DNA of 64,000 nucleotides, taken from the NCBI GenBank assembly GCA_964016885.1, contig OZ024751.1, forward strand, positions 46,190,001 through 46,254,000, written 5' to 3'. Source of the DNA: Eledone cirrhosa. Lineage: Eukaryota. Under the pieces are notes generated by a model, which had not been told where the DNA came from, did no database searches, and saw nothing but the letters and a program-made list of their open reading frames with translations. Made by a program: the position numbers and the translations under genes. Positions 25,855-39,824 of this stretch are shown piece by piece; within the stretch, counting starts at the first letter, position 1; every line of letters begins with the position of its first letter.

Positions 25855-26648
25855 TGCATGGCAGTGAGACCTGGGCATTGTGTGCAGAGGATATACGCAG
25901 ACTAGAGAGGAACAAAGCTTGCATGCTCCGCTGGATGTGTAACAGTAATATACGTGAACGGCAAAGCATAAACGAACTAAGGAAAAAATTAGAGATAAGA
26001 GGGATCAGATGTTGTTTACTCGAGAGAAGGCTACGTTGGTATGGACACGTGATGCGCATGAAAGTCGATAGCTGTATAACAAAGTGCAGGGCAATAAAGA
26101 TAGACGGTAGTCACGGAATAGGCAGACCTAGAAAAACCTGGGACGAGCTGATAAACTCCGACATCACACACTTACACCTCTCCAAGACAATGTCACTGGA
26201 CCGAGACCTTTGGCGGTACTCAGTAACAGAGAAGACCCGCCTTACCTAAATATATAGTAAAACCTACTCCAGCCAGTAGGCATCTGTAACAAAATACACC
26301 CCGTCCCACCACCCCCACCCCCACCCCATCCACACCACCCCGTTCTATGTAAAGTTATGTTGGTGCCGCGCCATCCAGGCCGAAACAAATGAGATCGTGT
26401 AGGTGTCACGACAAAAAAACACACAGTCCACGCTGTAATGTGGCCGTGTAGGCAACACGGTAAAAACCTCCCAGACCCACACTGTAAATGTGGTTGGTGT
26501 TAGGAAGGGCATCCAACTGTAGAAAACCTGCCAGACAGTCCTATGCGAGCAAGACAATCACTCTTGCCTCAAGTGGGACTACCCCCGTCCAAACCCATGC
26601 TAGCGTGGAACACGGACGTTAAACGTTGATGATGATGATGATGATGAT
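25851..26648 (+). mobile_element. 5'-truncated RTE-clade LINE
   Basis: LHGSETWAL..MLRWM..RRLRWYGHVMR..GRPRKTW..DRDLWR C-terminal RTE motifs; 3' UTR and (GAT)n tail. Further decayed pieces at ~52545-52765 and ~59830-59960. Confidence 0.92.
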
Positions 26649-27659
26649 ATATATATAAATACAGAGAGAAAGAGAATAAATGAAGTAAGTGAAATTGTAG
26701 AAAAATAGGTTAGAGAGAAACTTAAACATGTTTACATAAACACAGTATGGAAGAGCAAAACGACCATAAAAAAGAATGTTTATTAAATAAATAGCTGACT
26801 AAAAACTACAAAAACAACAACAAAGACCTAACAATTATAAGATATTGAATTAGAATCTTGTAAAAGATGTAAAGATGTTGAGAATGAGAATCTTGAAAAA
26901 GGTGTAAAGATGTTGAGAAATAGAATGTAAAGATGTTATATTTTAGAAGGCAATAAAATTGGATTTGATAAAAACAGGAAGACAATTATAATGGCTTCAG
27001 TTAATTAATACTGAAAATAATAATTTGTATTATTAAAAATACAACTAACAAGCTTCATATCAGCATCTGCTCTCTCTTCTCTCCCACCTCACCATTCCTG
27101 GCCTCCCACCTCTCTTCCACCTTGACCTCCCCCCTCTCCTCAATGTAAGGGGTCCATAGAATAAAGCCAGTATACCCTGTAAACTAAAATTATAATACAA
27201 AATATAGAGAATTGAGCCAATGTCTATATCTTTTTATGTTTATGGGATAAATACAATGTTTGGCCTTTAATCCTGTTGTGTATAGTGTGTGTTACTTTGT
27301 GTTATTCTGACATTGTTTAAAGAACTTGAACTTTGTGTTAACAACAACAACAACAATGACAACAGTGTCAATAATAATGGTTTCAGATTTAGGCACCAGG
27401 TCAGCAATTTTGGGGGAGGGGAAAGTCGATTAAATCGATCCCAGTGCATTACTGGTACTTTAGTTTATCGACACTGTAAGGATGAAAGGCAAAGTTAACC
27501 TCGGTGGGATTTGAACTCAGAATATAAAGGGACGTAACTTTAAGCCACAAAGCATGTTGTCCGACGCTCTATCGATTATTGCCAATCTGCCATCCTCAAC
27601 AGCATCATTAATAATAGTACCCATATCTTCCTAAGACTACCTCTTTCACCAGAAATTTC

Positions 27660-28030
27660 TCACCCAGTAATCTCTGTAAAGAGTTAGTGTTGGTGACACC
27701 ACAAAACGCACCCAGTACACCCTGTAGAGTTAGTGTTGGTGCCACAATAAAATGCACCCAGTAATCTCTGTAAAGAGTTAGTGTTGGTGACACAACAAAA
27801 CGCACCCAGTACAACCTGTAGAGTTAGTGTTGGTGCCACAATAAAATGCACCCAGTAATCTCTGTAAAGAGTTAGTGTTGGTGACACAACAAAACGCACC
27901 CAGTACACCCTGTAAAGAGTTAGTGTTGGTGATACAATAAAACGCACTCTGTAAAGTGTTAGTGTTGGTGTTACAAAAACACACCCAGTACATTCTATAA
28001 GGTGGTGGCCATTAGGAAGGGCATCTGACC
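27660..28030 (+). repeat. ~46-48-bp tandem repeat derived from RTE 3' UTR
   Basis: Unit cacccagta..ctgtaaagagttagtgttggtg, running into attaggaagggcatc. Confidence 0.8.
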
Positions 28031-28419
28031 ATAGAAACGCAGTTAAATCTGGAATATGTTAATAAAATGATGTTTGGTGGAGGTGGTCGTGTGTGTGTAG
28101 GTATGTGTAGGTGTGTATGTGTATGCGTATGTGTAGGTGCGTATGTCTGTGTGTGTGTATGTATATGTATGTGTGCATGTCTGTGGGTGTACGTGTGTGT
28201 GTTGTTATTTCTCTTTGCCACCACCCTCCCTCAGTATGCGAGTGTAATGACCTCAGTAGGAGGAGGAGTTAACAATCTGTTTAGTTTCTGCAGGGTTGGG
28301 TCTCATTAATTCTATTCTTGTTCATGGCTTGAAATATAATGAAATTATTTGTGATATAAAAAAAAAACAAAAAAACTCCTGACTCAGATTAATGTAGCAT
28401 TTGGTTGGCTTTACATACA

Positions 28420-29670
28420 GCCAGACCACGTGGCCACCATGTTTAATGTAACATTTGTCTGGTTTTATATACAGCCAGACCATGTGGCTGTCTACAGCCA
28501 GATCATGTGGCCATCATGTTTAGTGTAACATTTCTCTGGCTTTATATACAGCCAGACCATGTGGCTGTCTACAGCCAGATCATGTGGCCATCATGTTTAG
28601 TGTAACATTTGTCTCGGCTTTATATACTGCCAGATCATGTGGACATCATGTTTAGTGTAACATTTGTCTTGGCTTTATACATAACCAGATCATGTGGACA
28701 TCATGTTTAATGTAACATTTGTCTTGGCTTTATATACTGCCAGATCATGTGGACATCATGTTTAATGTAACATTTGTCTTGGCTTTATATACTGCCAGAT
28801 CATGTGGACATCATGTTTAATGTAACATTTGTCTTGGCTTTATATACTGCCAGATCATGTGGACATCATGTTTAGTGTAACATTTGTCTTGGCTTTATAC
28901 ATAACCAAATCATGTGGACATCATGTTTAATGTAACATTTGTCTCGGCTTTATACATAACCAGATCATGTGGACATCATGTTTAATGTAACATTTGTCTT
29001 GGCTTTATATACTGCCAGATCAAGTGGACATCATGTTTAATGTAACATTTGTCTTGGCTTTATACATAACCAGATCATGTGGACATCATGTTTAACGTAA
29101 CATTTGTCTCGGCTTTATATACTGCCAGATCATGTGGACATCATGTTTAATGTAACATTTGTCTTGGCTTTATACATAACCAGATCATGTGGACAGCATA
29201 TTTAGTGTAACATTTGTCTTGGCTTTATATACTGCCAGATCATGTGGACATCATGTTTAGTGTAACATTTGTCTTGGCTTTATACATAACCAGATCATGT
29301 GGACATCATGTTTAATGTAACATTTGTCTTGGCTTTATATACTGCCAGATCATGTGGACATGTTTAATGTAACATTTGTCTTGGCTTTATACATAACCAG
29401 ATCATGTGGACATCATGTTTAATGTAACATTTGTCTTGGCTTTATATACTGCCAGATCATGTGGACATCATGTTTAATGTAACATTTGTCTTGGCTTTAT
29501 ACATAACCAGATCATGTGGACATCATGTTTAATGTAACATTTGTCTCGGCTTTATATACTGCCAGATCATGTGGACATCATGTTTAATGTAACATTTGTC
29601 TTGGCTTTATACATAACCAGATCATGTGGACATCATGTTTAATGTAACATTTGTCTTGGCTTTATATACA
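28420..29670. repeat. 55-bp satellite, ~22 units, two mostly alternating variants
   Basis: ccagatcatgtggacatcatgtttaatgtaacatttgtcttggctttata + tactg or cataa. Confidence 0.95.
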
Positions 29671-29904
29671 CCTCTTATCCTCATTTCATTTCTATGTTAC
29701 CAGTCATCACTCCCACTTTCTAAGATCATTTCTTATGTTCATGTGCGTCTGCCATGTTTTAACCCATGCAAACATGAAAAATAGACATAAAACAGTGAGG
29801 GTATATATGTATATATATGGTATATATGTATATATATATGTTTCTGTGGGTGTATGTGTATGTAAAAGTCGACATAAAAGTAATATACTTCTGACCACAC
29901 TACC

Positions 29905-30310
29905 CTTACACTGTAAAGTTATGTTGGTATCACAAAAAGCACCCAGCCCACACTGTAAGGTAGTCATGTAGGTGTCACGACAAAAAGCACCCAGCCCACA
30001 CTGTAAGGTAGTCATGTAGGTGTCACGACAAAAAGCACCCAGCACACACTGTAAGGTAGTCATGTAGGTGTCACGACAAAAAGCACCCAGCACACACTGT
30101 AAGGTAGTCATGTAGGTGTCATGACAAAAAGCACCCAGCACATACTATAAATGTGGCTGGCGTTAGGAAGGTCATCCAGCCATAGAAATCTTGCCAGAAA
30201 CAGTCCTATATGAGCAAGACATGGTCACCCGACCCAACTTGCCTCTAATGGGACAAACTTGTCTAACCCATGTTAGTGTGGAAAATAGATGTTAAACGAT
30301 GATGATGATA
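29905..30310 (+). repeat. RTE 3' end with internal 48-bp tandem array
   Basis: Unit aaaaagcacccagcccacactgtaaggtagtcatgtaggtgtcacgac, then the RTE tail and (GAT)n. Confidence 0.85.
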
Positions 30311-31104
30311 TATGAATTAAAAACGGTGAGGGTGAAGACCAGAGAAAAATGGCCGAAACAGTACAGTCCCTTCCCATCAGTCAATATATATATGTATATA
30401 TAATTTATGTAATGATGTGTTAGTGTTTGCAGTTATTAGTATCTTGTTAAACAAATAGATTATCTCTACTTATTAAAGCACTTCAGTATTTTCACTGACA
30501 ACCAGCCAAACATGTAAAACTAAACAAATCTACACATAGCCTACCCACATCAGACAACAAACAAACAAAAAATTAAACAAACAAATGAAATCCTCAAAAT
30601 ACTTGTTGGACAACATCAACACATGGTATTTAGTATAATCCTTTCACGTTTGGGGGTTCAAGAGACACTGAAATTGACAAGGAAGGCCTACGAACCTTGG
30701 TGGGAAACAGACTGTTGGCGTGAAGTTGTGCTTGCTGTTTTGCCAAATAGCAATTGATACTATATGATATATAATAATATTAGGGTTCAAACCATGCCAG
30801 GGTAAAGTAGTTTATATTTCATCTTCACAGGGGTTGTTAAAATAAAGAATCAATCAAGTACTGAGGTCAATTTAATCTATTATACTCCATCTGCCTCATT
30901 TATTTTCTATATTGTATTTAGTATAGATACCAGGGTTATAAAAACACCAAGTATGTGTTTCTCATTGATAACTTTGCTCCATTTATTGTCTAAAGAAGGA
31001 AGTACAGATAATTTTTCTGTATTTTTAATTATCTATATTTCTATATTTCTACTTTATGTTGTGCTGATATGTATAAATGCTTCTTTGGAATATATTGTCT
31101 AATT

Positions 31105-31360
31105 TAAGTACAAATTGCATCAAAATATATTTACTTAGTCTAAAGTGCACCAGAATATATTTACTTAGTCTAAAGTGCACCAGAATATATTTACTTGGTC
31201 TAAAGTGCACCAAAATATATTTTTTTGGTCTAAAGTGCACCAAAATATATTTTTTTGGTCTAAAGTACACCAGAATATATTTACTTGGTCTAAAGTGCAT
31301 CAAAATATATTTACTTGGTCTAAAGTGCACCAGAATATATTTACTTGGTCTAAAGTGCAC
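31105..31360. repeat. 30-bp minisatellite, ~8 copies
   Basis: Unit aaagtgcaccagaatatatttacttggtct. Confidence 0.92.
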
Positions 31361-31814
31361 TGTGAGTAAAAACAAAGTTTATGAACCACTGTTGTAGATG
31401 AATGTTCTTACTAGTAGTAGATGGTCCAACACTCCAAGTAAGTATTTCCATAAGACTTCCCTCTATTAATGCTAGATAGCTGTGGTCCTTGTGTTAGATT
31501 CTTCTGGCTTTTTGACATGTCTTAATTTTGTTCTGTTGGGTTTCTAGCAATCCTCTTCACCTGCTCATATTAATTCATAGCTAGGCCCCTATGCTTCCAG
31601 TTATTTCAGGCACCTCTTCTCTGGCAATGCAATCTTCCATCATACTACAGTCCCCCAAAATATGATGGATCTCTAGCCCTTAAGAGGCACCTAGTCCTTA
31701 AAAGGCACCCAAATCTCCTTAAGGGGCACCGGGGGGGGGGAGTCCAATTCAGTCACTAAGAGAAAGAGAGAGATAGATATATAGATAGATAGATAGAGAG
31801 AGAGAAAGAGAGGC

Positions 31815-31854
<40 letters not shown>

Positions 31855-32539
31855 TGTAAAGACAAGATGGCATCAACTTTGATAAAGAATATTTCCAAAT
31901 AAAAATCAATAGAATTACAGGAATGGTATTCACTGCCAGCTTCACTTAAACTAATTGAAAATCTTCAATAGAATAGATATATCATGTGAAGCAGTAATGT
32001 GAGGCAGTAATGTGAAGCAGCAAAATATGTTGGGGTCTCATTAAGCTAGTCCTTCTCTTCTCTCTTCTAGGAATATAATCATTTTTTTCTTGATAATGTA
32101 TTCCATGACCTTGCTGATATGTCATATGAGAGATAAGCCTGTAATTCTTAGCATCTGCTCTCTTTACTGCCTTGTATATGTTGAGTGTATATAAGGGAGT
32201 ATATATATTTATATATTGGCCTTGCAATCGAAAGGTTGTGAGTTCAATTCTCATACCGGGTGATGTGTTGTTTCCTTGAGCAAGACACTTTATTTCACAT
32301 TGCTCCAGTTTACTCAGCTGTAGAAATGAGATGATAGGGACTGGGATCCATATCATACCACTGCAAAGTGGTCGTGGAGGTGCCACAGCAAAAAAGCACC
32401 CAGCACTCACTGTAAATGAGGTTGGTGTTAGGAAGGGCATCCAGCTGTAGAAATCAAGCCAGCATCAGTTCCCGTCCCACCCTTGCAAGCAGGGAAAAAG
32501 TGGACGTAAAATGAAATGATGATGAAAATGATGATGATA

Positions 32540-33390
32540 TACAGGGTGGGTACGGATGATATTTGTTCGCAAGATTACTGTCTAGGAAAAAGTAACACAG
32601 TAGTTTTATTTTTTAAGATATATTTATCAAACTTGGGTCAGTTTGTCTTCTTTCGATCTCACTCGATAAACCCGCCATTGGCTTTGATGCGGCCTCGGAA
32701 CCGGCTACAGGCCTTCAACACTGTCCCCCGACTTAGGCCCCTAAAAGCACTTGTGATCCTGGCCTTCAGATCGTCTTTCGTATTGCAGCTAGATCTGTTG
32801 GTGTCTTGTTTCACTGTGCCCCACACAAAGAAGTTGAGGGGGTTGTAGTTAGGTGAGCTGGGAGGCCAGATGTCAGGTGAAGTGTGGTCGATGAAGTTCT
32901 CTGACAGCCAGGCTTGGGTCTTTCGGCTGGTATGGCAGGGTGCTGAGTCTTGCTGCCACATGTACGGCCTACCTGCAGCTACCTGGTCGATCCAGGGCTT
33001 TACTACCTCGCTCAGAACGCGGATGTAGCCATCGGTGTTCAGTTTGAGGCCCTCAGGGAAGAAGTGAGGTGGCATGACGACACCTTGACTGTGAGGTGGC
33101 ATGACGACACCTAAGACCAATGTTGTCGCTGGAAACTTTGTCTGCATGACTCTGGGCACGTCTTTGGATGAGACAGCGAGCCACCTGTTGTTCTGGGAGT
33201 TGATCTTATTTGTCCTCCAGGCGCGGATTCCAAGAAAAACTCTGTGTCTCTTCCACAAATTTGGAGGTTCAAAATTATTCATAATCAATTATTCTGAAAA
33301 TAAATAATGGAAATATAGTCACTGTTTTTATGAAGACAAAAATTTGCATAAAATTAGCAGTTGAAAATTGCAAACAAATATTGAACCATT
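32540..33390 (-). mobile_element. Tc1/mariner superfamily DD37D (maT-type) transposon remnant
   Basis: ORF 32659-33288: QQDSAPCH...WPPSSPNYNPLN with 37-residue spacing; the third Asp position is Asn; N-terminal half missing. TA-cagggtg terminus and atatttgttcgcaa / ttgcaaacaaatat TIR remnants. Confidence 0.85.
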
Positions 33391-33435
33391 AAGATCTCCT
33401 GCCTGGATATGTTAATATTTATAGAACAAACTTTG

Positions 33436-33496
33436 TATTTTATCTGATGAGAGCGTACCAAAATGTTGGTACCCTTGAAATATATATAATAGAATA
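33436..33496 (+). ncRNA. Type I hammerhead in PLE-type 3' end (sister with mutated core at 41815-41875)
   Basis: tattttat CTGATGA gagcgtaccaa-aatg-ttggtaccctt GAAA tatata TA atagaata, followed by a short tail and (TA)n. Confidence 0.82.
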
Positions 33497-33546
33497 AATA
33501 TGGTTTTATAAATATAGTTTCCATTTATTAATATCATTGATATATG

Positions 33547-33615
<69 letters not shown>

Positions 33616-33786
33616 GTATATATATTCTTTTCTGTTATGGTAAAGTAGCAACATTGACAGAATCTACTTACCTAATGTGTGTGTGTGTGTGAAGAAAAAT
33701 GATGTGAATAGGAGAGTGAAAAATGAGGAAGTTACTGGAGAGAAGTAGATGTGGTTGATGGAATGACATAATGATGTTATAGATAT

Positions 33787-34610
33787 GTTTCTTTATTAGC
33801 CACAGGGGCACAAAAGAAAGGGACAAATACAAAGGGGGAAGTTTACATACAATAAAGACGTGTAAAAATACTATCACAAATGTAATTTAAAAATCAATCG
33901 ATTTTCTCCAATAGGGGGAGACATTACATATGGGTAACACATACCCCGAAAAAATGTGTAACCCTCATCTCCAGGAGTACGAAGAGTGAGTACCCCCTTC
34001 CTCCCTTCCTCAACCTACAGGCTGATATAGAGAGAAGGTCCATTCACGCCACTTTCACTCACCTTTCATAAAACTTGCTGGGGTACAGCACCTCTCTCTC
34101 CATCCTGATTCTTCTTCTAAAGTGGTATTTGAAAAAAAGAATCAGTTGTTGGCCGGAGAGAAAGGTGTCTGACCTCAGCCCTTTTAACCTCGTCCACCAT
34201 ACAACCTCTTTCGCCATAGCTATCACACAAAGGAAAACCGCCTCTCCTTCGTTTTTGAAGGAGGGTGGCGGTTTGATCATAACAATGGACTCGGTGGTCA
34301 ACCGGACTGGTCCCACCCGCGACAATAGTCGTTCTACATAGCCCCACAGGTCGGTAACGCCCGGGCAGTGTACGAATGCGTGCGCGACGGTTTCTTCGTC
34401 TCGCACGCATCTCGGACAGATCTTTTTCGAAGGGTCCCTGCCCGGGCGCCCGTGTCTGTAGAGCTTGTCTCGAACTGGTAGAGCTCCTCGGTAGCACTGC
34501 CAGGCCAGGGACTTTTGGAAGTTGTCCATCGGTCCCGGGCGGAAGGTCCTACCGAACAGACTGGCCAGTTCGTCTTCTTCTACGCCTAGATAGGTAGCAG
34601 GGAAAACGAA
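33787..34610 (-). mobile_element. 5'-truncated Tx1/L1-type LINE (C-terminal zinc knuckle plus 3' UTR)
   Basis: LAWQCYRGALPVRDKL..CPRC...ETVAHAFVHC..LW motif; ends gctaataaagaaac. Confidence 0.82.
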
Positions 34611-35795
34611 CGTTAAATGTACACACACACACACATATATATATATATGCATATATTAAAAACACTACGTGTGCATGTGTATGTTCTGCAGTGCCACATG
34701 TTTGGCAAGTTGTTTCATCTGAGATTTGTTTGTTAAAACTTCGATAATTGTATGGTGAACGTCAAAGTTGAAAAGGTGTGGCGTGCATTAAAAGTGTACA
34801 ATGTCCTTGTGTAACCTATAGCTTTTCTTAGACAATTTAACCACACCTTCCCATATGCTTCTCTTAATCCTGTCATTTATCATGTTTCTAATGAAAGACA
34901 CTTGCCTCCAATTAGAAAATCATTTCGAAAACACTCAAGAATTTGAAAGGAATTAGTAATATAAATAACTCTCTTATCATTAAGTTGGTGTTTGGAACAA
35001 AACTTAAAAGTTCTTGAATAAAATTATGTGGGAAGGTGTTTTAGATAAATACAAACACTTTAAAATAAACAATTTTGTATCATAAAACCAAAAATGGTTC
35101 TACTATACCTGTAGAAAACCCACCATAGAAAAGGTTGAGAGGACACTTGAACTGTGTCAAATACATGGTAACCTCTCTAGTATTGGTGATCTACATTATA
35201 ACCTGCTCAGTACACTCTAATGTGGTTAAAGATAAGAAAGGAATCCAACCACAGAAAACCTGCCAAACAACGGAGGATTCTTTACAGTCTCCTTAGTTTT
35301 GGTGATTTATATGATAAAAGCACCAAGTACACTCTGTAAAGTGATTGGTGATAGGAAAAGCATCCAGCCATAGAAAACCTGCCAAACATTGAGTTGAGAG
35401 GACTCTTTAGCTGTGTGAAAGACATGAATGACAACCTCCTTTGTGCTGGTGCATTTATTAGCAACATGTTGGTCCCTGGCCCATCTGAGAAATCAGTAGT
35501 TTTGCTTGAGTACTGACACAGTCTGTGAAGACTTGTCCAACCATTGCTAGCAGATAGACATTAAATGATAATGATGTCATGCTTTGCAGCATAGAGTTAC
35601 GCCCTTTTACGGTCTGAGTTCAAATCCCGCCTTTCATCCTTATGGGGTCGATAAAATAAAGTACCAGTAATGTACTGAGATATTTGCTGGCCTTGTGCCA
35701 AAAGTAGAAACAATTATTATAATCAGTTTTTTTTTTTATTGCCAGTATGACTCTCCCAAAGAACAATACATATATATATAAACATATATATATAT

Positions 35796-35984
35796 ATAGG
35801 AAAATGTTTGACCCCGACGGCAGAGCTCAAGCCGTTTCGATGACTAGTTTTGGACTCAGTCCAGAAATAGCCGTCGAAACGGCTTGAGCTCTGCCGTCGG
35901 GGTCAAACATTTTCCTATTACCCACTCTACTACCCTAAGTATTGACTATTCTGGTGCGTTATGGTCCATCTGGTTCCTTCATTA
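35796..35984. mobile_element. Palindromic mini-insertion of PLE family A
   Basis: Inverted arms around 35857; short arm ends ttcctat, long arm tailed; (TA)n flanks. Confidence 0.88.
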
Positions 35985-36409
35985 TATATATATATCACTC
36001 TCTTTCTCTCTATATATATATATATAGAGAGAGAAAGAGAGTGAAGGGGAAAGAGAACGAAGAGAAATATCCAGGAAAGAGTTGCAGTAATAGAAAGATA
36101 GAGACAAAATAAATTCTAAACGCAAAAGCTTAGAGGTTGTTTAGCCCTAGGTCAGTCCTGATCGATCAGATCCACGATGAAAGGCGTTCTAACCATGACA
36201 ATCTCATCTTTTTTGCTTCAGACAAGGTGTATTTATGGTTACATCATCTAATATATCATTCCTTTTTATGACAGTGTATGTGAATCTGAATGAGATTTAG
36301 CTGTTGTTTCTAGCAATTTTTAGCGATCACGTAGAAGTCCTGTAGTTGGCCGAAGGCCAATCTAGTGCTAAACTGCTGCCGAACGAAAACGCTTTCGTTT
36401 TGACATAGG

Positions 36410-36450
36410 TATGCGCATGCGCCGATCTGCAAATTATCTAGTCATGTGAC
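36410..36450. promoter_or_regulatory. Candidate promoter motifs: NRF1/Ewg-type TGCGCATGCGC and M-box/CLEAR-like GTCATGTGAC
   Basis: Both motifs lie within 40 bp in non-repetitive sequence ~1.4 kb upstream of the basigin ATG. Function is inferred. Confidence 0.4.
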
Positions 36451-37847
36451 TGAATTGTCTTAAAATAAGAGTATTGGCATCCATTTTTTTAACTTGCCTC
36501 ACAATGTTGTTATAATTCTTATAGCTATTAACAGTAAATTGGCAGAATCGTTAAAACGTCGGGCAAAATACTTTACGGAATTTAGTTAAGGCCCTTTACA
36601 TTCTGAGCTCAACTTTGCCTTTCATCCTTCCGAGGTCGATAAAATAAAGTATCAATCAATTACAGGGTCGATTTAATCGACTTTCCTCTACTCCTCAAAT
36701 TGCTGGCCTTGCGCCTACATTAAAAACAAACAATTATTATTACTACTACTAGTAAGTAGTAGGTATTTAATTTTTATGTGCTCGAGACACGTGTAAGGGA
36801 AGAAGAAAGATAACATTTATTGGGGGGTTTTTTTTTTTTGAGATAGCATCTGCCCGTCGTAAATAAATTATAATGAAGCATGTAACCGCACCTTACCCTG
36901 TGATATATACGTAACCGTGTCGTTGAATAAATACATACTGCTGTTGACCTTTTTTATTACTCCTAATTATTATTATTTGAAGAGATAGCTATATATATTT
37001 ATTTATTTATTTGCTTTAATCAAGATGAAAGGGTACATTTTACGTTATAGAAAACGGTACTGAATTTTTTGGAAAAAAAATAACACACACATTATTATAT
37101 ATATATCATTATTATTAGCACAGATTAAAAGTTTAAGTAAACAATTTCTGGCCCTTTTATTTATCATTATTACTATATATATCATAGTGAGAGTCATATA
37201 TCTCGTCTTGTGATATATACGTAACTGTATAGCTGAATAAGTAACTAGTGCTGCTGCTGTGTCCTTGTTTATTACTACTCTCCTTCCTCCTCCTCCACCA
37301 TCATCATCATTACACATAGAAAGAAAGAAAGAGAGGGGGATTGTGACATCATATCAAATAGAGTGACGCGCACTGAGTACCTGTGTTGTAGTTTTATAGA
37401 TAATACTGCTGATAGTACTTCATATATTATAGTAGTGCTGCGGTTTTTCCTCTCTCCCTCTTTTATTAACACTAACTAACTAACTGACTGCTGCTGGTTT
37501 GTTGGTTATTGTTTTTTTTTTGGATGGTATTCTTTAGTGTTGTTTTGAGTGTTAAGGAAGATATAGAAGCGAGAGTGTGTGAGATATATATATATAGATA
37601 GACTGAAAGAGAGCGAGAGTGTAAGAGAAAGACTCCAAATTGCCTTTCAGCTTCAAATCGAAGACAGAAAGAAGCTGATTTTATTTTTTTAATTTAACAA
37701 AATTATTTTATATACATATATATGTGTATGCATATATACAGAAATATAATCCATTAAACATAAACACACACATACAAAAAAGCAAGAACTTGTCAGAAGG
37801 ACCAAATATATTTGCTGTTCTCTTCTTTGTAAGGACGCCCGCCGATC

Positions 37848-37914
37848 ATGGTTTCTATACAACTTTTCCTTGCAGCTTTCATCCAACTTCTCGCCATTTA
37901 CGTCTCTGCTGAAG
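37848..37914 (+). CDS. bsg: Basigin/neuroplastin-like gene, exon 1 (signal peptide MVSIQLFLAAFIQLLAIYVSAE)
   Basis: atcATGg start context, hydrophobic leader, AG|GTAAGT donor, phase 1 matching the next exon. Confidence 0.8.
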
Positions 37915-38869
37915 GTAAGTTTAATTAATTAATTCTTACAAACATATACAATGTGAATTAAATATATATGCCTTCTATTTGGTTCATCTCCCATTGCTCT
38001 CCGGGGATTTAAGCTTGTTGCTTTGCCTGTATGGTTATTTTTAGAAAAACAGCCAAGCAAAAGCACTTTAATGTTACTTTCTGCTTTTGATTTATCTACC
38101 TGTCTATCTATAACCAATATCTATATATATATATATATGTATATAAATTCGGTTTCATTTTGACTTTTACAAACGTTCTTTCAGTTTGTTCCTTGAAGGG
38201 AGTTTTCACGTGGTCATTCAAACCTGTTAGAAATAGTGAAAATATTCTTTAAATCACACCCACTACTGCCTGTCTTTAGTAAGAAAACTGGATTAGATAA
38301 TGTAATCGTCCTTGACATACCCTTAAAAAGACTGTGTGGTCACGGTTGGGACACCTTTGATTATTTATATACCAGCTCTGCTATCAAAAACATCGGCCCT
38401 TTTCCTTTCAGTTCGTTTTGTTTTGTTCTTCTTCCAGTGATTCTTTACCTATATATTAATGTTGTTATATCGATCACCCGGCTGTTAATCTATCTATCTA
38501 TATATACGCTTACATGCATACATACACAGGCCCTGAACATACATATATGGCGTTTCATTCCTTCGTGGACGATAAAGTCAAGGTATTATTACTAAGGTTG
38601 ATGTAATCAGCTGGTTCCCTCCCACCGAATCTGTGTCTTTGGATACCCAAACAAGAGAAAATGTTTTGAATGCATGTTGAGTTTATTTATTTGTTCCAAG
38701 TTGATAATTCACTGAGTTTCTTACTGTATCGTACATCTTATTGTCGTCGGAAGCACCGCACGTTGCGACAGTGGAATAATGACGGACTGAAGGTTCAGCT
38801 TAGAACGAATACACACACACACGTATACACAATCATACACACCACACACGCGTACACATACACGCATAG

Positions 38870-38908
<39 letters not shown>

Positions 38909-38915
<7 letters not shown>

Positions 38916-39160
38916 AGATCAAAAGATGGTTAAAGGAGTTCCATGTATTTTATTATGCGCATTTCAAAAACAAACATCATCATGCAATAATATTTGTGTT
39001 TTCATCAGATAAAACAGGAACTCATCAGATAATACATGGAACTCCTTTAACCATCTTTTGATCTTATATTATGTATACTCCAGTCCTACAAACTGTAGAG
39101 TGCTTCTTATCCGATATCTGCATTGCTTTATTGTACTACAATAAAACTCACCTCCTACAC

Positions 39161-39162
<2 letters not shown>
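38909..39162. mobile_element. Asymmetric palindromic PLE-type insertion (second family) with intact hammerhead on - (38948-39014)
   Basis: Arms 38909-38949 / 39031-39071; right arm extended ~90 nt to (TA)n. ttttat CTGATGA..GAAA tgcgca TA ataaaa on -. Confidence 0.82.
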
Positions 39163-39194
<32 letters not shown>

Positions 39195-39434
39195 CCACAA
39201 CATTACATATTGCCTAGCGTTAGATGTGTAAGAACTCGATGTAATTACCAGATATAGTTATTGATTGTAATAAAGAGACATTATAATATTTTATCAGGTC
39301 ACTATCAATTATATATTTTACTTTTGGAGCAGAGAATTTCAAAAATTACAACTACATAGTTTTATGTTGCCGATCCTCATTTAAATGTTTACATGATATT
39401 ACCTTGCTAGAGGTGGAGTTTTCGTTTAGGTTCC

Positions 39435-39465
<31 letters not shown>

Positions 39466-39601
39466 GATAATGCAAGAATATAAACACACACACACATATA
39501 TATATATATAATATAAAGGTTTACATATACTGTATACTGAGGAAACGGTATATATTTATCGAATAATTCTAAGGACATGATTTATGATATATATATATAT
39601 A

Positions 39602-39786
39602 TAACGAAGGAAATGTGGTAAGGAACCAGGTGGACCATAACGCACCAAAGTACTCAATACTTAGGGTAGTAGAGTGGGTAATAGGAACGAGTAGGACCCC
39701 GACGGCTGAGCTCAAGCCGTTTCTACGGCTAATTCAGAATTAGCCGTCGAAACGGCTTGAGCTCAGCCGTCGGGGTCCTACTCGTT

Positions 39787-39791
<5 letters not shown>
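39602..39791. mobile_element. Palindromic mini-insertion of PLE family A
   Basis: Long tailed arm on the left, short arm ending ttcctat on the right; centre ~39735. Confidence 0.88.

Positions 39792-39824
<33 letters not shown>

Noticed and set aside
28420-29670. CRISPR-like appearance of tandem arrays (also 31105-31360 and 57770-58890)
   Set aside because: No unique spacers, no cas genes, eukaryotic context.
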